64,000 nt of DNA from Gracilinanus agilis (taxonomy: Eukaryota): NCBI RefSeq assembly GCF_016433145.1, contig NC_058130.1, positions 525,897,012-525,961,011 of the forward strand. Reading direction: 5' to 3'. Position numbers and translations under genes: made by a program. Under the pieces are notes generated by a model that worked only from the letters and a program-made list of their open reading frames with translations, made no database searches and was not told where the DNA came from. The first letter of the stretch is position 1; the number at the start of each line of letters is the position of its first letter. This document shows, one piece after another, positions 25,812 to 39,945 of this stretch.

Positions 25812-28153
25812 CTATAATAAACTAGTGACTTTTGAATGGTGAGGCTGACTTTAATAGAGAACAGTCTAATTGCTAAATACACTGCTGGTGAGAAGGCTTA
25901 ACAAAAGATCGATGAAACACCACTGGTTAGACAATTCTCCTTCATTTCTTATGAACTGAAGGTCTCAGAATTCAATCAGGTGAATACATCACATCCAGAA
26001 TATAGTGAGGGGGCAAATCAATTATTGAACCCTAGTAACTAGAGGCAGGGCAGTGACAGAAAGAGCAAGAGAGATGGCAGGGGAGAGATAGAGAGAATGA
26101 AGGAAAGAGAAGAGAGGGAAGAAAAGGAAGAGAGAAGGAAGGAAGGAGAGAGGGAATAAGAAAAGAGAGACAGAGAGATAAAGAGAGAGAATATTGAATG
26201 AATGATATAATGCTTTTGTGGGTCAGGATCATTTTTCCATTCCTCTCTCAGAGGGCATAGGAAAATGCTAATTATATCCTGAGACATCTGGAAACCTTAC
26301 CATAGGCAATGGATCACTCCCCGGGAAAGGATTCACAGAATATCAGAATAGAAAGGAACTGTGGCGGCACACTAAAACAACCCATCCCTGAAAAAAGATC
26401 CCCATTTATAGTACATCCCCCAAACCTTCTCCAATGAGAGAAAACCCACTGCCTACCAAGTTAGTGTATTCATTATTGAATAATTCTAATAATTAGGATG
26501 TTTTACTTCATACCATGCTTAATTTGTCTCCCTGGAACTTCCTCTGATTTCTCCTAGTTATGCCCTTCTGGGCTAAGCTGAGCAAGTTTAATCTCTCTCC
26601 CTACTCTGCTCACTGAATCATAGTTGTACCTTCTGAAGAGTCATCCACATTGACACAGTGGAGTTAGACAACAGAGAAGTCCATCCTGTGGCATGTACTT
26701 CTCTCCTTATCAGGGATAACAAGTACTCTGCCAAAACGTAGCAATCACACATTTTATATAAAACCCCAACTGTTGGATCTTTTATGTGAATTTTCTACTG
26801 GTCATTATGGGTACTTAGTCAATTAAAAATTTTTTATGAGGCACTTACTATATACCTAATCTAATTGTTTAAGTCTAGGTTTATAGCTTCACACTGATAT
26901 TGGATCAATAATCCTTTAAAGTATTTTAGTCATCCTCTAATTCATATCATATTTGACTTATTATGTGCTATTTGGAGATTGCCTAATCCTCAGCTACCTT
27001 GAGTATCTAGCTATTTTATTATTATTGCCATTGTTATTAATTACCAACAAAAAGTTATATATCATTTTATGATTACAAAGCACTTCAAGTATACATACTC
27101 ATTTAATATTTACATCCATCCTATGAGGTGGATAGTATATATAGTATCCTTACTTTAAAAATGAAGACATTAAGATTCAAAAATATTAAATAATATGCTC
27201 AAAATCATATAGTAAATAAGAGGCAAAACAAGGATCAGAACCCAAGTCTTAGGACTTCAAAAGAAATGAGCTTTCCACTACAATATCCTGATAATTCCGG
27301 AGCTAGCATTGTGTCTTCCACAAAGAACCGTTTAAAAAAGAGTTAATTTTTTGCAAACATTTATTTACAGTTATCCTGAATAATATTTTCCCCCTTTGTT
27401 CCAGGGAGATTGTTTTTAATCTTTTAAAATATCTTAAATTTCTTCTAAGACCTATAAGATCTATTGACAACAGAAGACGTCATTCATATCTTGAATCATT
27501 TTAAAAATGCTATTTTTCTATTAAATTTCACTAATGAACATTTTTGTAGCACAGCTTATGTGGTGATGTTCTGCTAACTTGACAGATTGTTTCTAAATAA
27601 GAATCAAATGATTGCCTAAATAATTTCATCTAAAGTGGATATCAGTCAGTCAGTGAAAGTGTAGTAAGAGCTTTCTTTGTGTTTACTTTGCATATGGGGA
27701 TGCATAGGTGGGAAAAGAGAACAAACAACTAAAAAATACTTAATTCTTGCCTTCAAGGAGCATATATTCTAATCAGTGTAGGGTTTGAGGGATCTCTTTG
27801 GATCAAAAGATTTTTGACAGCTTCTCAAAACTAAAAAAGTACCTAGCTTCGTATTAAAAAGTAAAATCTTACGTTTAAATGCAAACATAAACAGCAATTA
27901 CAGTATGTTATTTGCAACATATCAAAAATAAAAATGCAACATTTTTCAATTGAAGAACAAGATGCACTGATAAAAAAAATGCCTATTTTTCCTGGGGAGA
28001 TGTGTGTTGGTGTTAAAGTGTTTGAGAAGGGGATAATGTATTCTGCACTGCACAGCAGTTTACTAGAGAGTTCCACTTATTACTGTTATTTTTGCATAAA
28101 GGTCATCATTTAGGTTTGTAAAACAACAAAAGCACCATATGTCTCAGACTCAC

Positions 28154-28197
28154 ACTTCTCTGGAACAGTGACATTGTTTTAATATCACTGTGAGGAA
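28154..28197 (-). other. Candidate 44-nt exon
   Basis: ctttttccttcactgtattctccaccag | exon | AGT-gtgagt. Confidence 0.28.
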
Positions 28198-28419
28198 CTG
28201 GTGGAGAATACAGTGAAGGAAAAAGCCAGTTAACCATCAACTGCATTACAAGGAAATGTTAACAAATTGAAATGACCATTTGAGTATAATGGCATAAACA
28301 AGACTTGAAGTGAGAAGGTGGACATCTTAGTAAACATAAACCTTATAATAAAAATAAACAAGGAACATATAAATCACTGATGTTGAACTTTTATTAGAGG
28401 AATGACTAAACAGAATGAT

Positions 28420-28676
28420 TATCATCTTCCGTATCCTGTTTTTCAGTTGTTCCAAAGTCTCTGAGATTCCATTTTGAAGTTTTCTTGGCAAAATTATTGG
28501 AGCAAGTTGCCATTTCCTTTTCTAGTTCATTTTGCAGATGAGGAAACTGAGGCATATGGGTCAAAAGACTTGCCAAAGGTTACGTGGCTATTAAGGGTCC
28601 AAAGCTAGATTTGAATTCAGGCAATGAGTCTTCCTGATTCCAATCCCAATGCTCTCTCCATTTGCCACCTAGCTTC
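28420..28676 (-). mobile_element. MAR1-type CORE-SINE
   Basis: 'ttttcttggcaaaattattggag...gatgaggaaactgaggc...gccacctagc'. Confidence 0.8.
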
Positions 28677-29456
28677 TCTTCCATATCCTAAAGCATTCAA
28701 ATAAATAAGGAAGTTTCTTTTTGTCAATGTAGCCAGAGATGATGAATAAGATGTAAAGTAAAATATCTCATTACTCTGTGAAAAGTCAACAGACAATTCC
28801 CCATAATTCCTCACTGGTATTGAATTAGCATTGGCAGTAGAAAGGAAAAAAAGAAACTAGAAACTTAGCACCTGGCAGTTAGGTGGTAAAGTGTATAGAT
28901 CTAAACTCAGGAAGATGAGTCTTCCTAACTTCAAACCCAGCACTCCAACCACTGTGCCACTTAGTTACCACCAACTTTACAGTCTCCTTAAAAATTTTGC
29001 AAGAGAGAAATATATCTGCATCTAGCTAGATTTAAGTATCAAGAAAAATAATGTGTATGTGTGCATGTATGTGTGTACATGTAACATACCCAGGAAACAA
29101 CATCTTAGGTAAATTAGGAAATCAAAATAAGTGGGAACAGGTTTCAATATGCCTAATATTGAGATCTTCAAATAGGAAGTTAATTGTGAGACTTATTTTA
29201 TTGGGTGTAATAATCTTCTAAACATTAAATTTTGATAAAGAAGGCTTAAAATATGCCACTTTTGAGTGTTCAGGGGACCACTGCTTTAACAATACATAGT
29301 ATTAACATGCAAAATGTATTTCCTCTTATATTGAATAAATTTGGAATTTGAGATGTTTTATATCAAGTTTATATTATCTTTGCTAAATAAAACAAGAACA
29401 CTGATTTCTGCGTTTGAACATTTTTAATTAGTTCAGGAACCTATCTTGATTCTTAC

Positions 29457-29486
29457 TAAATGTAGCCTTCCAGTTAAAAATTTTAT
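29457..29486 (-). other. Candidate 30-nt exon
   Basis: tctttaatttgaaacag | exon | TTA-gtaaga. Confidence 0.2.
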
Positions 29487-29729
29487 CTGTTTCAAATTAA
29501 AGATACAAATCATAAATATGTATTTGTGCATAGCTTACATGCATGCTCCACTGCCTGCCTATACTTGTGCCCATCTGTTCAGATGGCATGATGCCCACTG
29601 ACAAGTTGGACAATTTTATTTAAGCAGTGCTGCCAAAGAGTCATGGCCTTGGACGTAGGCGTACTCTAGCAAGAGCAATCTTCTCCATAGAGTTCTCCTT
29701 CCATGTGATCTGCATATGTGTCGACTTAC

Positions 29730-29851
29730 ATGCTACCCTACTCGTTAGCACTCTTGTGCCATACAACAAATGCTCAAAGACGATAAAAGTAGGCCAGAAC
29801 TTCATAGGCAATTCTGGCATCAATGAACACACTATACACTGGAAATCTTCC
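29730..29851 (-). other. Candidate 122-nt exon in a CpG-retaining unique segment
   Basis: Long pyrimidine tract ...cattttcctaag | exon | CAT-gtaagt; one frame open. Confidence 0.25.
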
Positions 29852-30260
29852 CTTAGGAAAATGACTCACGATGAAGAGATAGAGGATAAAAGAAACTATC
29901 AAAAATAACCTTTATTTTTATGTGAGAAATGACCTCATGTTGGAAGTCCTATTGACATACCAATTTTTTCAAAAGGGGACTTTTGTTTTTGCTTACAAAC
30001 TAAATGCCTCCAAAAGCAACACATACCCTATTATAGACAGTTCTAATTATTAGGAAATTCACCTTTACCTTTATCTGAAATTTGTCTCACCACAATATCA
30101 CTTACTGGTCCTAATTTGGTTCTCTTTAGTAAAACTAAGTATGTTTAAAGTAAACACTCTTTTTTTTGCCCATGGCTTAAAGTATAGAACCAAAGGAGTA
30201 TGAAGTCGGAGTCAGGCTGATGGAGTACTGGTACTAATGGTAATGGGGGTGAAAATTACT

Positions 30261-30512
30261 TCTTGTTTACTTGATTTCAGTTCTCTGACTTTATGACTCC
30301 ATTTGTTTTTTTTTTTAAAGGATATTGGAATGGTTTGCCATTTCTTCCTCTAGCTTATTTTACAGGTGAGGAAACTGAGGCAAACCACGGTTAAATGACT
30401 TACCCAGAGTCACATGCCTAGTAAATGACTGAGGCCAGATTTGAATTTAGAAAGATGAATCTTCCTTATTCCAAGATTAGCACTCTAATGGTCTCCATTG
30501 TGCCACCCAACT
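30261..30512 (-). mobile_element. MAR1-type CORE-SINE
   Basis: 'ggtttgccatttcttcctctagcttattttacaggtgaggaaactgaggc...gaggccagatttgaa'. Confidence 0.8.
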
Positions 30513-32554
30513 GGGTAGATGTTACAGAGGCAAATTCAGGCTTAATATGAGCAAAAAAGATTCCTGACAGTGAGAGCTGTCCAAAAGTGGAACGAGCAGC
30601 CTTAATAGGTCATGTGTTCTCTTTCCTTGAAAGTCTTCAGGTAGAGAATGAATGACTTTTTGTCTGATTATGTTATAGTAGAAATTCTTTTTGCTTATGG
30701 GCTGACCTGGTTGTCTGTCGAGGTTTCTTTCAACTTCTAAATTCTATGATTCTGTGATACAAAGCAACCTCTTGGACTTTCTGGTTTGACTCATTTCTGA
30801 AAAAAATGACCTATTTGATATATCTAACAAGTCACTTGAAGACATGGGGGAGAGGGGCGGCATGATACACTACCTTCCAAAGTGGCCTATATACTTATTT
30901 TTTATATCAAATTATTAGGAATTTAATTTTAAATTAAGCCTAAATCCTAGACAGCATAATAGAGTGAGAGGCTTAGCTTAAAGAAGACAGAATCCTGCCT
31001 TATACACCTTCTGTCTGTATGACTCTGAGCAAAGCACTTTCACTTTTGGCCTCAATTTTCTCCTTGGCAAAATGGGAATTAAAATAGAACCTACCTCAAA
31101 TGGCTGACAACAATCAAATGAGATACCTGAAGTCTTTTGCAAATCTCAAATGCTATAGTGTATAAATGCTAGCTCTTGGCATTATCTAATTTCTTTTCCA
31201 CATTACAATCCTTCAAATAATTAAAAGTTGAGTTATATTATGTCTTTCCAAGTGTTTTTTCCTCCAAATTTTTTTTCACCTTTTTTTTGTGAATCTCAGA
31301 GCTGAGCATGCTAAGTGCTTGTTAACTGACTGACAGATGAAACATCTCTTCTTAAACAGATCCTGAGGGGTTTCACCCTTCTGATTACATTCTTCTGGAT
31401 TCTCTAGGGCTCCCTAAATTGTGGCAGCAAGAGCTAAACACAATACAGATTCTGGTCAGGGTAAATACATTTACTATAATCAAGAAATAACAAGTTTAAC
31501 ATCTTCACCTACATGTGTCTTGGTCTCTGTCTCTCTCTCACACACATATATACAGACATGAGAATTTAAGCCAACACAGGCCTGGCTATTTTGCCTAGAA
31601 TGGTAGTTTCTGGAAATATATTTATTCTTCTTCTAGAGTTGTTACTGAATGCTTTTGCATTTCTTCTCCTAACAGCTTTCTCCCAATTGATCCAGGCCCC
31701 AAAGGGTGTCAAGATGAACCCCATGTGGACTTAAATATTATGAACCACATCCAATTCCTTGTGTATATTCGTCTCAGACCTTTATACCAGGAAAATTGAA
31801 TAAATTCTTATTGAGAATTAGCTGCTTTAAAAGAAAATTAACTCCATGTAGTGAACACATATACGTGAACATAAATACATTTTTATATGTTTATATAATG
31901 AAGTGCCACAAGCTCCATATCCTCAAAGAGGAATCTCAATGGTAGAATTATTGAAATAAATATATAGCTTCCCCAAATAACTAATTTGAAGGGGGAAAAC
32001 TCAGTTTATGGTGTATACTTTTTTGATAAAAATCCAGGCACATTGTTAAAAATACACTTAACATTGGATTTAGTTTGCTTTGCCACTCATTTGTTCTGTG
32101 ACATTGAACAAATTGCTTAATTAAATCCAACAACTGAATTAAATTAAACAAAATTGTTTTATGACCCTTAGTAAGTCAATCAATCAATCAACAAGCTTTT
32201 TTACTAAGCTTACTTTGTGCCAGATATTGTGCAAGCACCCAGAATAATAAAGGTAAGATCCTACATGAGTCCTTAAGGGATACCATATTCTAATGGCTGA
32301 GAGAAGATACAAATAACCATGTATGTACATACAAGATAGCTACAGGGCAAACGGGAGGTAATCTCACAGAGAAGACACTTGGTGTGGGGGTAGGCATGTG
32401 TTAGAAAGAATGCAAAGCATGATTTGGGCTGAGTGAATCTCAAAGGTCCAGGTGAGGAGGGAAACCTCAGGAATAAAGGACAATCAATGAAAAGTCACTG
32501 AGCCAGGAAGACTGTCAAACAAACAGCTAGAAGGCCAGTGTAAGTGTATAGTAA

Positions 32555-32700
32555 GTTGTTATTTGTCCTTAGTTTTTAAAAAAGAACCAATGAGATCTTG
32601 ACTTGCTCTTGGATTAGATTTGAGAGACAATGATGCACAGTCATATGCCTCATTCTCTCTTCCAGAGTCATCAAAGTCCAGTGTAAAGTCAAAGGCATGC
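32555..32700 (-). mobile_element. WALLSI4-type (RTE-derived) SINE 3' fragment
   Basis: 'gttgttatttgtccttagtttt...ctctcttccagagtcatcaaagtccagtg', same as the 42219 element. Confidence 0.7.
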
Positions 32701-33249
32701 AGAAGAATTCAAATAAGCCCCCTTTGGGCTACCAAAGCAGTTTCAGGATAGGAGTTTGGGAGGAAGGTAACTGCCAAATAAAATCCACTTAAAAGAAATT
32801 CATGGAATATGTGGATTCTTTCTAAGTAGAAGAGGCAACAAAATTGATTAGGGCTGATGTCTTTCCTGATTGGAACCTCTCTAACAGTGAGGAATTGGAT
32901 GAAGATTTAAAAGTGAATAGAAACTTCTGTGGAAGTGACCCTGGATTATAGAATTTAAAACTCTAGAGATAAAGAAGGAAAGAAGCAACAAGATAAAGAA
33001 AATGAATTTCAGGAAAAGCTAAGTTTATCACATTGGGAAAGTGGTAGGAAGAAATGGAAGAAAGCTTTAGTGACAAAAAGGGCCCAATAGAGCAAGCTTC
33101 TTCTTATACTAATAGTTCTAAGAGCAAAAAGGTTAAAAAATATAAAAACTTAGTTGTACATCAAAATTAATACTGGCTAGTTTCATGGAATTCAGTGTAT
33201 CTGGATATAATGTACATACACACACACACATATACACACACATACATCA

Positions 33250-33475
33250 TACTGGGCTTAGAATCAGGAGACTCATTTTCATGAGTTCAAATCTGACCTC
33301 AGACACTTATTAGTTGGATAACCCTGTGCAAGTCATTTAACCTTGTTTGTCTCATTGTATCATCTATAAAATGAGCTGGAGAAGGAAATGGCAAACCACT
33401 CTAGTGTCTTTGCCAAGAAAGTCCCCAAAAGCAGTAAGGAAGGGTGAGACACCATTAAACAACAGAAAAAAAGAA
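33250..33475 (+). mobile_element. MAR1-type CORE-SINE
   Basis: 'gagttcaaatctgacctcagacacttattag...gagctggagaaggaaatggcaaaccactctagtgtctttgccaag'. Confidence 0.85.
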
Positions 33476-34767
33476 AAAAGTATATGTGTGTGTCTATATA
33501 AATATATAAATTGTATATATAAATATATACAAATGTATATGTATGTATATGTGGCTATGGACATATGCATATCAGGGATCCAAATGAATTTTGGTATTGG
33601 AGAAAAAATCTATATATTTCTTCTGCTATCATAATTACAAGTATAGATCATTTTTATATTGAAATTTTTGGCTTATTTCACATTGTCTTCACTATAATAC
33701 TATGAGGCAGGTCATTTAAGTGTTATTAAACACATTTTATAGTTAAGGAAATCAAGGAGCTAAGTATTACAGAATCATTGAATCTCACTAATTGCAAGCA
33801 TTTTAGAGGCCAACTAGTCTAACCTGTATTTGACTGAGAATCCCCTCTACAACATTTCTAACGAATGGTCAAAGCTCCTTCCCTTGGAGACTTGTAATTA
33901 GGAAAAATAAAGGCAAAAATGTAGTATAAAAAATACTAAATTTTGAATCAGAGGACTTGAATTTGAATCTTGACTCAGCTACACATTATCTGTGTGAGCA
34001 AGTCATTTAACATCTCTGGCCCTTTGTTTCTTTATCTGTACAATAATGATATTGGGCTAGATAACCTTCTAAAGTCCTTTATAGAGTAAAATCTCTCTAT
34101 CGATGATTTGTTCACACAGTTCATTTTACTTTTGGGTTGTTCTAACTGTTAAGACATTTTCCTTTTCATCAGATCTACATATGCACATCTTCCCATTTTT
34201 TTTTCTCCTTTTGGAAGTCAAATGAAACATAATGGCCCTTATTTTCATCCCCACAGCTTTTCTTCTCTAAGCTCAATATTCCCATTTCCTTTAATGGGTC
34301 TACATGGAAGACTCATAATGCCCTTTGCCACCCTGGTTGTCTGCCCCTGCATAATCTTCAGCTTACCAATGCCCTTCCTTCAATATGGCACCTAGAATGG
34401 AATACACTACAGTGTGGTGTGACCAGTGAATGGAATGAATACCTCCCCATTTCTGGACACTATACTTATTGTAATACAGCCTAAGATCAAATGAGCTTTT
34501 AAATAATTTCCATAGCAAATGGCTGAGAAGTCTTCAAACTTAGGTCAATTGACTCTGAGTTTACTGTGGTTTTTAAAAAAACATATTATTATAGTAAGGA
34601 TAATTCTGGATTTGAATGCAGGTTCTCATGCCACCAGCTACCTGTTAATAGAAAACTAGATATAAGTACTTAATGAGCATTTTCTAAATTTTATAACTGT
34701 AAATTTAGGATTACTGCATAAGGTACACACAGTAACTGGTTCTTGTAGTATAATAATAATTATTATT

Positions 34768-35026
34768 GTCATTGTTGTTGTTGAATCATTTCAGTTGTTT
34801 GACTTTTTATGACCCATTTTGGTGTTTTCTTAGCAAAGATACTGGAATGGTTTGTTACATACTTCTCCAGCTCATTTTACATACGAGGAATTGAGGAAAA
34901 CAAAGGTAATTGATTTGCCCAGGGTCACACAGCTAGCAATTGTGTCTGAGACCAGATTTGAACATAGGAAAATAAGTCTTTGTGACTCCAGGTCTGGCAC
35001 TCTCTGCATTGTGCCACTTAGCTGTC
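34768..35026 (-). mobile_element. MAR1-type CORE-SINE
   Basis: (gtt)n tail; 'gcaaagatactggaatggtttg...ctccagctcattttac...cccagggtcacacagc'. Confidence 0.88.
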
Positions 35027-36033
35027 AATAATAATTAGACTAGCTCACATTTATATGGTTTAATTGTTTCACGTTTATAGGCTCTTTTCATTACTATATT
35101 ATAACATTCTAAGTATAGCAAGTCTTGTTCTTTTATTTGTCAGAGGAAGAAAATGACATTTGAGGTCACAGAGCTAGTAAGTATGAGAATCCAGATCTTT
35201 TCTGATTCCAAAGGCAGCTTTCCTTCTAATGAACAGTTGGATATCTTCATTCTCCACTGTGAGCCATCTAAACAACTGGAATGTCATCTTACATAGATTG
35301 ATTATATCTCTAATGAGAGATTAGAGCTAATCATTCAATTGTCAGTTTGCCATCTGGCACTTTGAACAACCACAGTAACCTTTTAGGTCCGACATGTAAA
35401 AAATGATATTATCAACAAAGCCATTTTTAGATCTGAGATCCATGATGATATGTGATGCTTTTCTCTTGTTCAGTTGTTGAGAAAAACTTGGCATACTCTC
35501 TGAGAAGGAGATCACTACTGTTCGGCTTTCCAAATTTTCTACATGTCAGCACTTCTGTTCGCATATATGCTGAAATAACCCAGGAGGAGTAGCTTTCAGA
35601 TGCTGTGACTGCATGTGACTGCTTGAAGGGTTTACCTAGAATCTGCTAAGGCTCTTTGTCTCCTTATTGTTGAAGGGGTACAGATACTGAGGATGCTGTA
35701 AGAGGGTTAGAAGACAAAAATAATGCATAGTGACATTTTAACAAATCTAAGACAAAAAAAAAAAACTAATTGGAGGGAAATTTGATAGAAGATTGCAATC
35801 CCTTAGATGTAGGCTTATAGAGGACAAAATCGTAACATTTTCCTTTTCTCATCAGTCATCTGCAAGACAACTTACATTCAGTTTAGCCATGTCAGTTTCA
35901 TGAAAAATTATTTTTAAAGTGCTTAGCACAGTTTTTGACATATAGTAGGCAGTTAATAAATATTTGTTCCATTCCCCTTAGTGATTGAACAACTTGTATT
36001 AATCTGATATAATTATTCTTAGAGAATTTACCT

Positions 36034-36230
36034 GGGAAGCTATGTGACTCGATGGATTGAGAGTCAGATCTAGACACAGGAGATTCTGGGTTTAAATCTG
36101 GCCTCAGATACTTCCTAACTGTGTGAGCTAGGACAAATCACTTAACCCCCATTGCCTAGCCCTTACTGCTTTTTTTGCCTTGGAACCAATACATAGTATT
36201 GATTCTAAGGCAGAGGGTAAGGGTTTTTTT
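36034..36230 (+). mobile_element. SINE1_Mdo-type SINE (older)
   Basis: 'cttaacccccattgcctagcccttac...gccttggaaccaatacatagtattgattctaaggcagagggtaaggg'. Confidence 0.85.
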
Positions 36231-36789
36231 TGTTATTTTTTTGTTATTTTTTTTGTTTTTAATAATTAAACAAACAAAAGGCTGGCATATAGCCATGGAT
36301 AACAGGGCTTTGCCCCAGAATACCAACATCTCAGAATAAAGTGGCTTCCTCCCCATGGCAACTACTTTCCTTAGGTCTCACCTTCATAGTCCTCTGTGCT
36401 CCTTTGCTGCTACCTGGAAAACTTGCCATTATTAAGTTCCTGTTGTCCATGGTACTCATAAGGCATAGAAATCACTCACAACATCCCTTCCTATAGAACA
36501 GCTGCCATCTCCATGGATCTATCATAATGGTGGTCTTCTTTTTGGTTCCCTTTTCCCTTGCAACTCTCATAGGGTAGAAAAATGGATGATCTTTATCAGG
36601 GAATGATAACTCTTGTCAAAGCTCTCTCCTTCCAAATGTTTTTGCTTCAAGTAGTGTATTTATGAGTGGGTTATATATTATACATACAACTCTACACCTA
36701 TGGAGGCTTTGCATGACCACCATTAATTGTTAGAGTTGGAAGTGATGTTAGAGGTCATCCAAGATACTCTCTCATTTTATAGAAATGGG

Positions 36790-37010
36790 CACCTAGGTTT
36801 CACGGTGGATAGAGCAATGGTCTTAGAATCAGAAGATTCTTCTGTTCAAATCTAGTATCAGATACTTCCTAGCTATGAGAGCCACAGTAAGTCACTTCAT
36901 CTTATTTGCCTTCATCTATAAAATGGACTGGAGAAGGAAATGGTAAACCACTTTGGTATCTTTGCCTTTAAAATCCCAAAATGGCATCATGGAGAGTGGG
37001 AGTCAACAAT
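36790..37010 (+). mobile_element. MAR1-type CORE-SINE
   Basis: 'gttcaaatctagtatcagatacttcctagc...ctggagaaggaaatggtaaaccactttggtatctttgcc'. Confidence 0.8.
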
Positions 37011-38171
37011 AGCAAAAAAATGGCTCAGAGAAATTAAGTGTTTGCTCAAGGTCACACAACTAGCTAGTGCTCCAGTTGAACCTCTAAGTAAGGTCTCCTC
37101 ACTAAGTAAGGTCCAGCTGCAGAGAAAGTGGATCTTAAGAAAGTGGGCTTTGAAGGAAAGATAAGATAAAAGGTAAGAAAGGGGAAAAGATTTTCAGGAG
37201 GAAAATGGCAACAACAAAGACCTGGGCATGGAAATATGTCTAGAGTGTTTAAGGAACATACAACAGACCAATTTCTGTGTAGGATAAGGGTAATGTGAAA
37301 GGATGGGCAGAATGTTTGTTTACTGTCAATTTGTAAAGGATCCTGAATGCTACCTCATTAACTAGCTTTGACTATGTTCTAACTAAATGCCAGGCACTGT
37401 GCTAAGCACCAGTCTAAGGAATTTGGATTTTATTCTGTATGTATTAGAAGCTATTAATTTCCCTACTATTAGTTTGCTGAGTCCTTTACCTCCTTTTACT
37501 CTGAGGCCCTGATATCTCTCTCCATAACATATTCAGTATTACCCATAATCTGCATACACTACATTTGCTTATCTATAATCTGTAGGGTCTCTTTTAAAGT
37601 TGTGTGTTTTTATAGGAAGGAAGAAAAAAAGGAAACAAGTATTTAAGTTCTTATGTGCCAGGCACTGTACTTAGTTCTGGGTATACAAAGACAAATCAAA
37701 ATACAATCCTGTCCTCTGAGAGCATGCACTCTAATGGAGCAAGATATTCGAAAAAGGAACCAAAAGTGGTAGGGTAAAAAGATGGGCACATGGTTTTGAA
37801 TTCCAGAAAGTCCAGAGCAGAGCCAGGAGGGAATGAAGGCTGGCTAACCTGGATCCCACCACAAAATTGAGGCTTTAAGAGGAACTCACAAAGTGGAGAA
37901 GGGGCAAGGCCAACAACACCTATTTAATTCATTTAAAATAACACTGAGTATCCTGACTTTCAGAGAGATATGCTTAAATGCATTTTTTAAAATGATGAAG
38001 ATTACCATGTAAAATAATGAAATAAAACATCAAAAAACATTATTACATTCTATTTTGATATATTTTAAAAGTTATGTTCTGGTAAAGATGGATTATAACT
38101 GAAAAATCTGGTGGGAAAGAGGATTGAATCAGTCTAGTTGTAAACAATGAAGAGGAGCTAGTCAGTGTTTG

Positions 38172-38596
38172 GTGGGGTTCTTAACCTTTCTTGTTATGTA
38201 GTCTCTAGGTAGTTTGGTAAAGCCTATAGATTCTTCTTAAACTAATGTCTTTATTTAAGTTAATTAAAGAAATGTGCTAAATTTCAGTTAGGGCAGCTAG
38301 GTGGCTCAGTGGATTGAGAGCCATTACTAGAGACAGGAGGTCCTAGGTTCAAATCTGACCTCAGACACTTCCTAGCTGTATGACCCTGGGCAAGTCACTT
38401 ACCCACCATTGCCTAACCCTTACCACTCTTTTGCCTTGGAGCCAATATACAGTATTAACTCCAAGATGGAAAGTAAGAGTTTTAATTTAAAAAATTAAAA
38501 AAAAAGAAGTTAGTGAAAATAAAGATATATTTTTTCACATCTGAGTCCACAGACCTCTCTAACATCTATTCTTGGAGTCTAGGTTAGGAACTCCTG
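38172..38596 (+). mobile_element. Old hAT MITE split by a SINE1_Mdo insertion
   Basis: TIR remnants 'ggggttcttaacct' ... 'aggttaggaactcctg'; SINE at 38291-38505 lies inside. Confidence 0.7.
38291..38505 (+). mobile_element. SINE1_Mdo-type SINE
   Basis: 'gggcagctaggtggctcagtggattgagagcc...ggagccaatatacagtattaactccaagatggaaagtaagag' plus A-tail. Confidence 0.93.
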
Positions 38597-39732
38597 GTTT
38601 AATGAGATAACAAACTATTTAATGTTCAAGCTACTGAACAAAAAGGAAGGAGAAGAGTCTTTAAATAGAAAAAAAAAAACTTTAAAAACTCAAACTAGTT
38701 GGAAATGAACTATGGTTTCAATAAAATTGTGGGGTTTTAACACTAGCACACTAAAATGCTTCCTGCTTTTCTATCTTGCCTTCTGTTTTCATCTGGAAAA
38801 AAGATACTTGAACTCCCAGTGCTCAGAAAGCTGATTGGAAGTACTAGAAAGGACAAGCTCCAGGAGGGCTTGGCTCCAAGAAAAACCTAGGGTGAATTAG
38901 GTCTATTCAAGCCTGAGGATAGAAGCAGGATTAGATTAAGCAGTGTTTGATAACAGCTGAAGTTTTGTAAGAAAGGTACCAAGTTTATCTCCATGGGAGA
39001 GCACAGTCTAGTGGAAAGAATGTTAGACCAAGAGCCAGGCTACTGTGTTTGAGTACTTAATTTGCCACTAATGAGTCCTGTGACCTTAGTCAGATCACTT
39101 AACCAGTCAGAGCATCATCTTTCTCTTCTAAAAAATGGGAATGGTGATGAAGATGGAGAAGATGATGATGACAATGATAAATGTCGTGCCTACTTTAAAG
39201 AATGTGAGAATTGGTTGTAAGAATCATTTGCAGATACACAAAAGAAAATTTTGTAAAAAACAAGGTGCTACACATACATAAAATGCTATTATTAAATATT
39301 ACTCTAACTTAAATGTTTATGTTTAATTTAAATGTTATTTAAATATAGCATTTATTGTAATGCTATATCACATTATTACTTAGCTCTATTCTAAAGAGCT
39401 AGTCTATAGAATTATTCTATATTATATATAAATTTCTATTCTATATTCTATAGATAATTTATTCCATAAAGAATATATAGAGAAAAACAATAAAATCAAA
39501 AGTAAGACATGTTAATAAATGTTTCTTAGCCACATATAAGGATTTCTATTCAATACAAGAAGAATCTTTTTACCTCTTTGAACTGCCTCAGAAGAAGAAA
39601 TCCTTCTAGTAGAGGATGCTGAACACGGTAAGAGGGGGTACCTGTTCAGATTTTGACTAGATGATCTCTAAGGTCCCTTCTAAAGATAATTCATTTATGA
39701 TTGGAAAGGACCTCAGTGGCTACCTGATATTT

Positions 39733-39945
39733 GGGGGCAACTAGGTGGCTTCAGTGGATAGAAAGCCAGGCCTAGAGATGGGACATCTTGAGTTCATATC
39801 TGGTCTCAGATGGTTCTTAGTTGTGTGATTGTGGGCAAGTCTCTTAACCCCATTTGCTACCTAGCTCTTATTGCTCTTTTGCCTTGCTTGGAACCGATAT
39901 TTAGTATTGATTCTAAGACAGAAGGTAAGATTTTTTTTTTTAAAA
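39733..39945 (+). mobile_element. SINE1_Mdo-type SINE (older)
   Basis: 'gggggcaactaggtggcttcagtggatag...gtattgattctaagacagaaggtaag'. Confidence 0.88.
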
